Shown one piece after another: positions 12,566-22,843 of a stretch of 64,000 bases of DNA; position 1 is the stretch's first letter, and the number at the start of each line of letters is the position of its first letter. The position numbers were made by a program, and so were the translations under genes. The notes beneath the pieces are model-generated. The model made no database searches. It was not told the origin of the DNA and saw nothing but the letters and a program-made list of their open reading frames with translations. The DNA is from an uncultured bacterium. Lineage in GTDB: Bacteria; Babelota; Babeliae; Babelales; Babelaceae. Location: the NCBI GenBank assembly GCA_963717435.1, contig OY970332.1, forward strand, positions 896,001 to 960,000, written 5' to 3'.

Positions 12566-14449
12566 ATGTGTAGCGTAATCGGTTATATAGGTTCCAATCT
12601 TGGAAAATCTTACGTACTTGATGGTCTTGCAAGACTAGAATATAGAGGGTATGACTCAGCCGGGTTTGCTTGTATTAATATAGGTGATGCTGATAGCGAA
12701 GTTAAATATTACAAATCTGTAGGCGGATATTCTAATTTAGTTGCCGGACTTGAAGATTCCAATATAGATGGCCAATGTGCCATGGGTCAGACCCGCTGGT
12801 CGACTCACGGCGCCCCTTCTGTAGAAAACGCTCATCCACATTTTGATTGCTCCAAAACTATATCAGTGATTCATAACGGGATAATAGAGAACCATCATGA
12901 ATTGCGCACAAAATTAAAACTAGCGGGACATGTTTTTAAGTCCCAAACTGATACAGAGATAGTTGCCCATCTTTTTGAACAAGTTTTTGCTGATAACAAA
13001 TCAGATAGTAAATTAGGTATTAAATTAGATATTAAAAAAGCTGCCCAAGAAGTATTTAGCCAGCTTGATGGGGCGTATGCATTTGTCTTTCTTTTTGCGC
13101 AGTATCCAGATCTTATGGTTGTTGCAAGAAAAAGATCGCCGCTATGTATCGGGCTTTCTGATTCTGGAAACTTTGTAGCCTCAGATTTCTTGGCATTTGT
13201 TGATAAAACAAACAAAGTTGTTTTTATGCCAGATAGTAGTTTTGCAATATTAAAAAAAGACAGCGTAGAACTTTATGACTTTTCAGGCAAAACTTTACCT
13301 ATTAATATTTCGCAAGTGGATTTCAGTTGGAACCTTTCATCAAAGGGCAACTTCGAGCATTATATGCTTAAAGAGATCTACGAACAAAACAGAGTTGTTC
13401 GTGACACAGTAAATTTTTTAAAAAATAGTTATTTATCAGGCAACATCTGGGAAAATCTTGGGATCTCTAAAGAACAGGTAAAAAATCTAAAATCTATAAA
13501 TTTTGTAGCATGTGGCACGTCGTGGCACGCTGGCAAAATCTCCCAGTTTTTTTTCGAGTCTATCTCAAAAATACCAACAGAGTCGCATCTTGCATCTGAG
13601 TTAAGATATAAAACTATTTTTGACGCACAAGATGTAATATATATGGCAATTTCGCAATCTGGCGAAACAGCAGACACACTTGAGGCAATAAGACTTATAA
13701 ATTCCCGTAACATGAAAACTATAGCACTAACAAACGTAGGTTCAAGTAGTCTCGTGCGTGAAACTTCTGGCTTTTTGTTAATGCAAGCGGGGCAAGAGAT
13801 TGCGGTTGCTTCAACAAAAGCGTTCACTGCCCAAGTTGCAAATTTATACTGGCTCGCAAATCTTTTTGCGCTTGAAAAGGGGTTAATCACACAACAAGAG
13901 TTTGAACAAGTCGAGACAGATTTAATTATTGCAGCTGAAAGTTTAGAGTCTGGAATAGAAAAATATAAACTAGAGATCATTCAAGAGCTTGCGCAATATT
14001 ATTCTAAATTTAAAAATTTTATTTTCTTAGGGCGCGCAATTGGATATCCATTTGCACTTGAAGCTGCCCTAAAACTCAAAGAGATTACGTATTGCTTTGC
14101 AGAAACTTATCCAGCTGGTGAATTAAAGCATGGCGCGATTGCGCTAATAGAGCCCGGTGTTCCCGTGTTTCTGTTCTCAAGTCTCGATCCAATAATTTAT
14201 ACAAAACTTGTTGCCAACGCTCAAGAAGTAAAGGCACGCAAGGGGCACTTGGTGGTTGTCGCATTTGAGGGTCAAGATGAACTTTGTGAACTTGCTGACA
14301 AAGTTTTTATATTGCCCAAAGTTAAGTTACTCTTAGAGCCGCTTGCTATGACCGGCCTGATGCAATTTTTTGCATATCAAGTTGCCAAAGAACTCGGGCG
14401 TACTATAGACAAGCCGCGCAATCTTGCCAAATCAGTTACTGTAGAGTAG
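12566..14449 (+). CDS. glmS: Glutamine--fructose-6-phosphate aminotransferase
   Basis: N-terminal MC, LEYRGYDSAG, TRWSTHG, HNGIIEN, SQSGETADT, PRNLAKSVTVE. Confidence 0.98.
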   Translation: MCSVIGYIGSNLGKSYVLDGLARLEYRGYDSAGFACINIGDADSEVKYYKSVGGYSNLVAGLEDSNIDGQCAMGQTRWSTHGAPSVENAHPHFDCSKTISVIHNGIIENHHELRTKLKLAGHVFKSQTDTEIVAHLFEQVFADNKSDSKLGIKLDIKKAAQEVFSQLDGAYAFVFLFAQYPDLMVVARKRSPLCIGLSDSGNFVASDFLAFVDKTNKVVFMPDSSFAILKKDSVELYDFSGKTLPINISQVDFSWNLSSKGNFEHYMLKEIYEQNRVVRDTVNFLKNSYLSGNIWENLGISKEQVKNLKSINFVACGTSWHAGKISQFFFESISKIPTESHLASELRYKTIFDAQDVIYMAISQSGETADTLEAIRLINSRNMKTIALTNVGSSSLVRETSGFLLMQAGQEIAVASTKAFTAQVANLYWLANLFALEKGLITQQEFEQVETDLIIAAESLESGIEKYKLEIIQELAQYYSKFKNFIFLGRAIGYPFALEAALKLKEITYCFAETYPAGELKHGAIALIEPGVPVFLFSSLDPIIYTKLVANAQEVKARKGHLVVVAFEGQDELCELADKVFILPKVKLLLEPLAMTGLMQFFAYQVAKELGRTIDKPRNLAKSVTVE

Positions 14450-14522
14450 AAAAAAATCAGTTTACAAATTACATCCCAATTTGCTATTGTGTTTTTGGTT
14501 TTTAACTTCAAGGAGTTTGGCT

Positions 14523-15476
14523 ATGTCACGCAATATCAAATTGGTTTTGTTATTAAGTTTTTTCTCCGGTTTTAATCTGTTATTTTCTGCATTTTACGAG
14601 CAATATAATCTTACTGACTATAATCAAAATATTAGCTGTGTGTTAGAACATCCAACAGCAAAACTATTAATGCGGGATAAAACTCATAAAAGTATAATAA
14701 ATCTAGAAACTGAAGATATTTTTACAACTGAATCTTTTCTTAATCTTATGGCCCAATCTTTTTCGATGAATAAATCACTATTAATTGCAAGAGTTATCAC
14801 TGAAGATTCTCAAAAAAATAATTTAGTTAAATTTTATAACGCCCATTATTTTATAAACTTTTTATTTAAAGATAAGTTCTTAGATTATCTTGCAGGGACC
14901 TATAAAATTAGCGAAGATGCTTTTCGTGACCCATCTTGGGCCAAAATAATTTATCCCGTAGAAATCTATTATATAGACAACTTTGATAGTCCAGGGTTTG
15001 AGTATCTTGGCGAAATTACACATAGTGGAAAAAAGCCAGAAGATATATCTGATTCTGATTACCAAAATTCTAAAAATGTCTTAAAAAGATTTTTCGTTGC
15101 AAACCTGCCCGATGCGCCGGAACTGAAATTTAATATACCTAGACAAACTATATTAGAAAACAAAATAATCTTGGCCGATTTGTATAACTTCGGCTTTCAA
15201 AAACCAAGGGTGTCGCCAGATCAACCAAAGGCTGTGCAGCTCATTTTAGATGTAATTGCTGAGTCTCGGCAAACTAAATTTATGATTAAATTAAGTTATC
15301 GTGCTCTTTTGTCTTTATTTAAAATTTTTATAAATACCCGTGGCGATTTAGAGAGCTATAGCAATATTTTTGAGTCTATTATCATAAATGTTGCAAATAA
15401 AAATAATCCTGAGCTTGAAGCTGCTCTTAGAGGCTATCATAGAAAGTTTCTGTGTTGTTATCACTCAAGTTTATAA
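14523..15476 (+). CDS. Secreted hypothetical protein with a possible DUF5092-like domain and a Sel1-like repeat
   Basis: AGGAG before ATG 14523; signal peptide; FTTESF..L...K.LLIARVIT.D...FYNAH...LF motif; LADLYNFG...DQPKAVQL. Confidence 0.5.
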   Translation: MSRNIKLVLLLSFFSGFNLLFSAFYEQYNLTDYNQNISCVLEHPTAKLLMRDKTHKSIINLETEDIFTTESFLNLMAQSFSMNKSLLIARVITEDSQKNNLVKFYNAHYFINFLFKDKFLDYLAGTYKISEDAFRDPSWAKIIYPVEIYYIDNFDSPGFEYLGEITHSGKKPEDISDSDYQNSKNVLKRFFVANLPDAPELKFNIPRQTILENKIILADLYNFGFQKPRVSPDQPKAVQLILDVIAESRQTKFMIKLSYRALLSLFKIFINTRGDLESYSNIFESIIINVANKNNPELEAALRGYHRKFLCCYHSSL

Positions 15477-15478
15477 AA

Positions 15479-16945
15479 TTAATTTTTTGTATTCTCTACT
15501 TCTTCGAGTTTAATTTTATCATCCAAAACTAAATATTTTTTAATAAATTTTACAGACTTTTCTTTAGATTCAAGTTTTGCCTGTTTTTCAGATTTTAAGA
15601 TATTAAAAATATTTATAATCTGTATCGCAGACTTTATTTGATAATCTTTTGCAAAGTTTTCCGCAAATTTTTCTTTAGGATTTTTTGTTGTTTCAGTCTC
15701 TTCAGGTTCTGCCATCTTAGATTTTTGCTCTTCAGATCGTTGCAATTCTTCAATAAGTTTCATCTCTTTTGTTGGTGGGATTTTTTGTTCGACAACAAAA
15801 TCTGGTGTAACCCCGATTCCCTGTATTTTTGTATTATTATCTAAAAAGTACTCAGCAATCGTACATCTTATTGCGCAATTATTGTTAAGCGGGATAACCT
15901 CTTGCACTGAGCCCTTGCCATAAGTTTGAGTGCCCAAAATAAAAATATTTTTTAAACTTTTTAATGTTCCTGATAAAATTTCAGCGGCCGATGCGGTACC
16001 GTGATTCACCAAGATTATAATTGGTATATCCTGCGGAGCTATAGGAGCCCTTTTAGTCAAATAGCTTTCAAGTATTTTGCCATCTTTGTTTTTTGTCACA
16101 ACAATAGTACTGTTTTTTGGCATAAATAAACTAGAAATATCCACAGCCGATTGCAATATTCCACCGCCATTATCTCGTAGATCTAAAATTATACCTCGTA
16201 CTTTATTGTTTATACTTTTTTTCAATACAGATTCAATAAGATGTGCAGATTGGGTGCTGAACATCGCAAGTGAAATATAATAGATTTTCAGTTCAGGTAA
16301 ATAATAAGAAGATAGATTTTCTTCTTTGACAACGTCACGTTCAACATAAATTTTCAATATATTATCTTTGTCGCTTGAGTTTCCATTTCTTATTATATCC
16401 AGCCTAACTTTTGTTTTTCTGGGCCCACGTATTTTTTCTACTATCTCTTCAAGCTTTAATTTTTTTAGCTTATTACCATCAACAGCTATAATTTTATCAA
16501 GCGGCTTAACCCCTGCTTTTTCTGCGGGTCCCTGTGCAATCACATCAACTACTGTAATAAAATCTTCCCCTGTAACTTTGGGCGCTATTTTTACTCCAAT
16601 GCCGCAAAATTCTCCCCCCATACTGTCACTTAAAGATTTATATTCTTTTTGGGAATGCAGCGCGCCATGTGCATCAAATTGCATAAAAGTGTCTAGAGAT
16701 TTGATCATTAATTCATCAAGATCGGGTGTTTTATAAGCTTTGTTTTTTGTAATTTCTAAAACCTGGGCCAGCGTGCTCAGCCATTTATAGACCTGCTCGT
16801 CATATTTATCTGTTGTAGTTGTCTTAATTGTATCTGTGCTTAAATTAGTTAAATTTTTTGTTTTTTCTTGTTCCGCGCAAATTATATTACTTGCTATAGA
16901 ACTTGATATTAATACTATAAAAAAAACAGCTTTTAAACTTTTCAC
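15479..16945 (-). CDS. ctpA: Carboxyl-terminal processing protease (S41A, PDZ domain)
   Basis: FCGIGV, GPAEKAGVKPLDKII, LDLRDNGGG, TASAAEI, GKGSVQ, GIGVTPD. Confidence 0.93.
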   Translation of the reverse strand: MKSLKAVFFIVLISSSIASNIICAEQEKTKNLTNLSTDTIKTTTTDKYDEQVYKWLSTLAQVLEITKNKAYKTPDLDELMIKSLDTFMQFDAHGALHSQKEYKSLSDSMGGEFCGIGVKIAPKVTGEDFITVVDVIAQGPAEKAGVKPLDKIIAVDGNKLKKLKLEEIVEKIRGPRKTKVRLDIIRNGNSSDKDNILKIYVERDVVKEENLSSYYLPELKIYYISLAMFSTQSAHLIESVLKKSINNKVRGIILDLRDNGGGILQSAVDISSLFMPKNSTIVVTKNKDGKILESYLTKRAPIAPQDIPIIILVNHGTASAAEILSGTLKSLKNIFILGTQTYGKGSVQEVIPLNNNCAIRCTIAEYFLDNNTKIQGIGVTPDFVVEQKIPPTKEMKLIEELQRSEEQKSKMAEPEETETTKNPKEKFAENFAKDYQIKSAIQIINIFNILKSEKQAKLESKEKSVKFIKKYLVLDDKIKLEEVENTKN

Positions 16946-17097
16946 CCGCTCCCTTTCTTTTTTTTAGTTTTACTATTAACCGCTAGTTTAAATCAAGATT
17001 TATAAAATAATTTTAATATTATTAAGTTTTGTTAATAATATGGCTTTTGTTATAATTTTTAGAGCTTAAAAAAAATATAAATATATTGGAGGCGATC

Positions 17098-18216
17098 TTG
17101 AATAATTTTTTTAAAAATATATTTTGCCTATTATTCTCTATAACTATATTTGTTAATATTTTTCCCATGCAATATTTGCAGAACAGTTTAAGACGCAGGA
17201 ATAACTTATCTGGCACAAGTTCAAATAAGCTTGAAGCAGGCGTGTTATATGAAAGCAGTGAAAATAATAACAACTCAGATTTCCCAATTTTAACTGAAAT
17301 TATTATCGGCAACTTTGAGGACCACCAACTTGCCGCACAGGAAACTTTAAAAAATATAGTTCCGGGTAAAATATTTCCAGAAGAAATCTGGCGTGAAATA
17401 ATACAATATCTAGATTTTAATGATCCCGCGCTTATACGCTTTTTTGCCCCAATCATGGGCGTCACCAAAGAGCAGGCAGAAAAAATTGCATTTGCGATCC
17501 ACTATTCTGTTGTCAAAAATGCTTCAAACTTTGAAGATATTGATCTTAAATTAAAGTCTATTTTAAGAACCTATAATAAAAAATCCCAAGAACTTATAAA
17601 AAATTATATAACTCTGCTTGATCTAAATTTTGATCAAGAATACAAAAATTTAAAATACACCGTTGGCCTAATTCCAATAAGATGGCTATTGTCTGGTCCA
17701 AGTAAGGTCAGAGATGATATAAAAAATTTGCAGAAAGAGAATATTGCAAAAATTTTGAGATATCAAGGAGTTATAGCCGACGATGTTGGGCTCAGTGGAG
17801 AGGGCAAGCCGGGCCTAAAAGATATCGCCAATATGAAGAAGTTTTATTCTAAGCTTAAAAAGCGAGAGTTAATGTATAAATATTTTGGAAGTGAGAAATA
17901 TAATAAAATCTTGGAAAGATATAGAGAAAATTTTGTAACATATTTTTTCTGTATCTTTTTTACACATTTAACTTTTTGGGTATTATCCGTGGCGACATTT
18001 GCTGGCGGAAGCCTTGATCTCAGTCTCATTTGGATACCGGCCATTTTAATGTATTATATTGTTTGGCATGCATTTTTTGTTGTGCTTGATAAAGAATCTC
18101 TAAGCGACAATGTTAAACACTTAGAAGGGGCACCGGATTATATACAAAGCTTGATGGAATATTTAAATAAAAAACTTGCTGAAGATAGGTTATTAAATGC
18201 TGCTAAAAAAAATTAA
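17098..18216 (+). CDS. Hypothetical protein with a signal-like N-terminus, an F-box-like motif and two C-terminal TM helices
   Basis: GGAGG then TTG at 17098; IFPEEIWREIIQYLD; hydrophobic hairpin near the C-terminus. Confidence 0.55.
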   Translation: MNNFFKNIFCLLFSITIFVNIFPMQYLQNSLRRRNNLSGTSSNKLEAGVLYESSENNNNSDFPILTEIIIGNFEDHQLAAQETLKNIVPGKIFPEEIWREIIQYLDFNDPALIRFFAPIMGVTKEQAEKIAFAIHYSVVKNASNFEDIDLKLKSILRTYNKKSQELIKNYITLLDLNFDQEYKNLKYTVGLIPIRWLLSGPSKVRDDIKNLQKENIAKILRYQGVIADDVGLSGEGKPGLKDIANMKKFYSKLKKRELMYKYFGSEKYNKILERYRENFVTYFFCIFFTHLTFWVLSVATFAGGSLDLSLIWIPAILMYYIVWHAFFVVLDKESLSDNVKHLEGAPDYIQSLMEYLNKKLAEDRLLNAAKKN

Positions 18217-18230
18217 TTTTGAATCAAACA

Positions 18231-18252
18231 AGGGCGTGCTTTCACACGCCCT
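18231..18252. terminator. Hairpin between convergent genes
   Basis: AGGGCGTG-ctttca-CACGCCCT. Confidence 0.6.
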
Positions 18253-18282
18253 ATGCTAAATTTGGAACTGTATAGCGATTTA

Positions 18283-19836
18283 TTACGATTTTTTGCTTGA
18301 TAGAAATTTATGAGCGGCTTTTACAAATTCTTGGGCTAATATTTCATATTCTCCAATTAAATTATTCATAGCCTTTGCAATAGCCTTTGTTTTTTTGTCC
18401 TTATCTAAAGTATCCTTTTTTTGTTCCATAGCAGTTTTCACTTCTTTTATAGTTTTTTTATTGTTTTCTTCGGCCTGCTTTAATCCAGCTTCATTATTAT
18501 TGCTTGGCATATAGAACTTATTTATTTCACCTAATATTTGGGATAATTTACTGAAATCATCGAATAATTTTTTGTTATAATCGTTTGATGGTAAAACTTT
18601 ATAGAATTTTGATCTGATGTTTCCTAATATAACTTGTGCAATATTTTGTATTTTTAAGAATTTGGCTTCATCAAATTTTTGGTTATCTATAAAATTGATC
18701 TTTCTAATAGTTTCAAAGCCATATTTTATTCCATCATCGACATTGCGATCCAAACTTTTAACTAATAGTTCAATGAAATTTTTGAACTGCATTTCGATAT
18801 CTTCAGGAGTTTGAGAAGGACGGCTTATGTTAATAGCTTTGTTTTCTGATTCAGTTTTAGCAGCCCTCGTTTCATTTTCTTTCAATTCTTTTTCCCATTG
18901 ATCCTTAAAGTTTTTTGCCAATTCTTTGTATTTTACGGCAAGATATAACATCAATTCTTTGGATTGTTTAGGTCCAGTATTGAATACGAATATATCAGGA
19001 GCATCGGTTGCTTTCTTTAGTTCAGAGGCTATTGTGGCGTTGGTAGCTTTCAGTTCTTTGGCAAAACTTTCTAGATATGCTTTGTAGTCTGTTTTGGCTT
19101 GCTTAGAAGCCTCAAGCCATTTTGTGTTATTCTCTTCAATCAATCGAGTAATTTTGTTTAATGCATCTTTATAGGCTGGGAATTTTGTGGGTAGATCTGT
19201 GGAACCAGAATATTTTACAAATAAGTTTAGATTGTCCAATTCTAAATCAATTTTATTCTTTAATTTTTCGATGTTTCTTATATCTAATTGTCCAAATAAA
19301 CGGTCCATGTCTTGCTTAAGAACATCCATTTTGGGTATTAAATTATTTTTTACTTTTTCTACTATATCCTCAAATATCTTTACAAAAACATTAATTAATT
19401 CTTTAGTGTCTTTATCGATTTTTAACTCAGAAAAACTCTTTGATTTTATTTGATTTTTAAGAGTTTCTATTTTCTTTGAAATATCGGTTAAAAAAGCATC
19501 AATATCATTAGGGTTTGTAGGAACTGGATTTTCTAAGCCTTTTTTTAATTTATTTAAACCCTCTATAATTGAATTAGACAGTGTCTGAATATCGGTTATT
19601 GCTTGGTTCGAAACTTCTTTTGAAATTGAAGCCATGGTGCTATTCCAGCTTCTTGCTGCTTTTGAATCTTTAGAGAATTTTCTTAGATCGACGTCTGTGT
19701 TTCCAATTCCAAACAATGCCTCTGCTTTGTTTCTTAACTCTTGGCGAAACTCTTTATCTAGCTCGTAAGTAATAATGCTAGTTATGTTTAAACTTGCGAT
19801 TAAAAATAAAATATTATAGAAAAATATTTTTTTCAT
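18283..19836 (-). CDS. Secreted coiled-coil hypothetical protein
   Basis: 517-aa ORF, signal peptide, K/E-rich helical sequence, GAGG RBS. Confidence 0.75.
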   Translation of the reverse strand: MKKIFFYNILFLIASLNITSIITYELDKEFRQELRNKAEALFGIGNTDVDLRKFSKDSKAARSWNSTMASISKEVSNQAITDIQTLSNSIIEGLNKLKKGLENPVPTNPNDIDAFLTDISKKIETLKNQIKSKSFSELKIDKDTKELINVFVKIFEDIVEKVKNNLIPKMDVLKQDMDRLFGQLDIRNIEKLKNKIDLELDNLNLFVKYSGSTDLPTKFPAYKDALNKITRLIEENNTKWLEASKQAKTDYKAYLESFAKELKATNATIASELKKATDAPDIFVFNTGPKQSKELMLYLAVKYKELAKNFKDQWEKELKENETRAAKTESENKAINISRPSQTPEDIEMQFKNFIELLVKSLDRNVDDGIKYGFETIRKINFIDNQKFDEAKFLKIQNIAQVILGNIRSKFYKVLPSNDYNKKLFDDFSKLSQILGEINKFYMPSNNNEAGLKQAEENNKKTIKEVKTAMEQKKDTLDKDKKTKAIAKAMNNLIGEYEILAQEFVKAAHKFLSSKKS

Positions 19837-19965
19837 AAACTACCTCTTTTTTATAGGGATTTTGTTTAAATTAGATGGGATTTGTTTTTTGCATGCTACT
19901 TCTTAGCACTATAAATAGTCTTTTGGGATTATGCAATAATTTTGAAATGTAAAAACTGGTGGGGG

Positions 19966-20859
19966 TTATTTCTCTTGTTTTTCTTCTTGATAATAAATAT
20001 AAAGCCCTAAGAATACGGTTAAATTCGAGATAAATAAGCTGAGAGTTATTTGTTCGCCTAAAAATATTTTTCCGAAAATTGCTGTAAAAAGCGGGCACAT
20101 TAAACTGGAAATTGCAATAAAGGTGACTGTGTATTTTTTAAGAAGGGCGCCGTAGAAGTTGTAAAATACTATATTGCCCGCAAGAATTATTAAAAATAGA
20201 AGAAATAAAAAATTGCTTAAGTCAGTTATTGGATGCCTGGTTTCAAATAGCCAAGATGTTGGGAATGTTAAGAGCCCGCCCAAGAACATAGTAAGATAAT
20301 TAACTATTATCGGTGACTGGTTTTCGTAGTTAATCATTTTGCGCATTAATATCCAACTATATGCGTAAGTTGCAACAGAGATAATTAATAATATTTCTGG
20401 CCAGGATATAAAAAAACGATCTGATATTAACGGGTCTTGAGAGTGTTCGATCAATATTGGCAGACAGCCAATAAAGCTTATTATAAGTCCCGCCCATTTT
20501 TTTAAGTTTATTTTTTCGTGTAGCATAAAATATGAAAAAATCGCTGAAATAAATGGCGTGAGATTATACAAAAAAGATACTTTTATGCTCGATGTATATT
20601 TAAGTGCTACAAAATCGAAGACATAAGAGATAAAATTTCCAAGAATAATAATTTGCGCGATATCAATTAGATTTTGTTTTGTTAACGCAATTTTTTTAAT
20701 CTTTTCTTTTTTTACTATTAAACTATAAGCAAGCAAAGAAAGACCACCAAGCGTCATACGCAGGCCTGTAATAAAAACTGGGCCGGAATAGTTCAAAAGT
20801 AATTTGCCGATTGTAAATGTGCTTGCGTATAATATATTTAAAATTATTATAAATAACAT
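19966..20859 (-). CDS. DMT/EamA family transporter
   Basis: About 10 TM helices, PVFITGLRM, LYNLTPF, FLGEQIT; start uncertain (ORF open to 20910). Confidence 0.88.
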   Translation of the reverse strand: MLFIIILNILYASTFTIGKLLLNYSGPVFITGLRMTLGGLSLLAYSLIVKKEKIKKIALTKQNLIDIAQIIILGNFISYVFDFVALKYTSSIKVSFLYNLTPFISAIFSYFMLHEKINLKKWAGLIISFIGCLPILIEHSQDPLISDRFFISWPEILLIISVATYAYSWILMRKMINYENQSPIIVNYLTMFLGGLLTFPTSWLFETRHPITDLSNFLFLLFLIILAGNIVFYNFYGALLKKYTVTFIAISSLMCPLFTAIFGKIFLGEQITLSLFISNLTVFLGLYIYYQEEKQEK

Positions 20860-20956
20860 GATTGATATCTCAGATAGATTTGGGAACGCGAAGTAGAGAT
20901 CGAGCTTCAAAAACTACAGTTTAGTGTTATGTAATTATATCATAAGGGGCAATTTT

Positions 20957-21829
20957 GTGAAAGAGGCCGCACAGCTTTTAATCGTTACTGGATATTCAGG
21001 AGCTGGAAAAAGTTCTGTATTAAGAGCATTGGAAGATATAGGTTTTTTCTGTATCGATAATCTGCCAGAGGCACTTTTAGAATCTTTTTTTCAATTTGTT
21101 TCAAATTTAAATACTAACGAACAGCGTGTAGCTTTGGGCGTCGATATCCGTGGTGGCCATGACATGAATCGGCTTGTCGAATATTTAAATATACTTAAAA
21201 ATAAACAAGCATGTGTAACAAAAATAGTTTTTTTGCAATCAACTTCAAATACTATACTAAAAAGATTTCAAGAAACTCGAAGAAAGCACCCACTTGCTGA
21301 CAATTTTGATCTTATAGACGCAATAGAACAAGAAAAAGTTTTACTTAAGCCACTTTCAGAGATAGCAGACCTAACTATAGACACAGATCAGCTTAATATT
21401 CATGATCTTCGAAAACTGGTTCGAAAAGTTTTTGCCTCAGAAGAAAAAATGCCCAAAATGTTAATTACACTAACGTCTTTTGGGTTTAAATATGGCGCAC
21501 CGAGTGAAGCAAATTTTATCTTTGATGTGCGATCGTTGCCCAACCCATACTTTGTTGAAAACTTAAAAAAGCTTGATGGAACGAGCCAAGAAATTAAAGA
21601 ATATCTGTTTGAGCTTAAAGATGTCCAAGATTATTGGGCCAAGCTTAAAGATTTTTTTATTTATGCTGTTGAAAAATCTTATAAAGAGGGCAGATTCTTT
21701 ATGCATTTTTCTGTGGGCTGCACAGGCGGACGGCACAGATCGGTTGCTTTTATTGAAGAGCTTGCTAAAACCAAACTGGATTATGTAGAATTCTTTGTAA
21801 AACATAGAGATGTTTATAGGGAAGGGTAG
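20957..21829 (+). CDS. rapZ: RNase adapter RapZ (YvcJ/YhbJ)
   Basis: TGYSGAGKS, CIDNLP, ETRRKHPL, SFGFKYG, DVRSLPNPY, GCTGGRHRSV. Confidence 0.95.
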   Translation: MKEAAQLLIVTGYSGAGKSSVLRALEDIGFFCIDNLPEALLESFFQFVSNLNTNEQRVALGVDIRGGHDMNRLVEYLNILKNKQACVTKIVFLQSTSNTILKRFQETRRKHPLADNFDLIDAIEQEKVLLKPLSEIADLTIDTDQLNIHDLRKLVRKVFASEEKMPKMLITLTSFGFKYGAPSEANFIFDVRSLPNPYFVENLKKLDGTSQEIKEYLFELKDVQDYWAKLKDFFIYAVEKSYKEGRFFMHFSVGCTGGRHRSVAFIEELAKTKLDYVEFFVKHRDVYREG

Positions 21830-21835
21830 TAAAAA

Positions 21836-22111
21836 GTGAAAGATATAAAAAAACTTTCTTTGAGAGTTGCTTTTGGTTTTGAAATTCTATTTTTTTTATT
21901 TTTCTATATATTCGGTGCTCGAGGATTAAAGGCTATAAGATCGGGCAAGCAAGAAGTTTTAAATTTGCAAAATATATTAGAAACCGCGGAAAAAGAAAAG
22001 AATCTTCTTGCGGGCCAGCTTAATGATTGGGAAAGTTTGCCATTTTACAAAGAGCGTATAGCCAGAAACGAACTTCAAATGGCACACAAAAATGACGAGA
22101 TTTATATATAA
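21836..22111 (+). CDS. ftsB: Septum formation initiator (FtsB/DivIC family)
   Basis: Single TM, G.RG, coiled coil, ERIARNELQM...E..Y. Confidence 0.75.
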   Translation: MKDIKKLSLRVAFGFEILFFLFFYIFGARGLKAIRSGKQEVLNLQNILETAEKEKNLLAGQLNDWESLPFYKERIARNELQMAHKNDEIYI

Positions 22112-22134
22112 ATTAATTTTAAAAAAGGGAATCT

Positions 22135-22740
22135 ATGATTTATAACTTGCCGCCACTGCCATATGCTTACGACGCACTTGAGCCATACATTGACGCGCTT
22201 ACAATGGAAATACATTATACCAAACATCATCAAGCATATGTTGATAATTTAAATGCTGCATTAAAAAAATATCCAGAGTTACATTCAAAAACTCTTGCGC
22301 AATTAATCGAAAATTTAAATTCAGTTCCTGAGCCAATTAGAGAAGCAGTAAGAAATAACGGCGGCGGGCATATGAATCACAGTATGTTTTGGACATTGCT
22401 TAAAAAAGACGGCGGCGATCCGGTTGGAAAAGTTAAAGATGAGATTAACAGTATATTTGGAAGTTATGGTGCATTTAAAGAAGAATTTACAACTGCTGCA
22501 AAATCCCGTTTTGGCAGCGGCTGGGCCTGGTTGTCTTTGGATAAAGGCGGCAAGCTTGTGATTACTTCAACTGCAAATCAGGACAACCCGATCTCTCAGG
22601 GCTTAACGCCAATACTTGGGCTTGATGTCTGGGAACATGCTTATTACTTAAAATACCAAAATAGACGCCCCGACTATATCTCAGCTTGGTGGCACGTAAT
22701 TAATTGGAAACAGGTAGAAGATAACTATAAATTGTTATAG
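22135..22740 (+). CDS. sodA: Mn/Fe superoxide dismutase
   Basis: [40 protein letters not shown]. Confidence 0.95.
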   Translation: MIYNLPPLPYAYDALEPYIDALTMEIHYTKHHQAYVDNLNAALKKYPELHSKTLAQLIENLNSVPEPIREAVRNNGGGHMNHSMFWTLLKKDGGDPVGKVKDEINSIFGSYGAFKEEFTTAAKSRFGSGWAWLSLDKGGKLVITSTANQDNPISQGLTPILGLDVWEHAYYLKYQNRRPDYISAWWHVINWKQVEDNYKLL

Positions 22741-22843
22741 TTTGTTTTTGTATAATAAATTCAAGTGAAGTTTTTTAGATTGGCTTTTCAAATTCATGGT
22801 AAAAGCCTATCTATATTTTTTGTATTTAAAAAAATTAAAAAAC

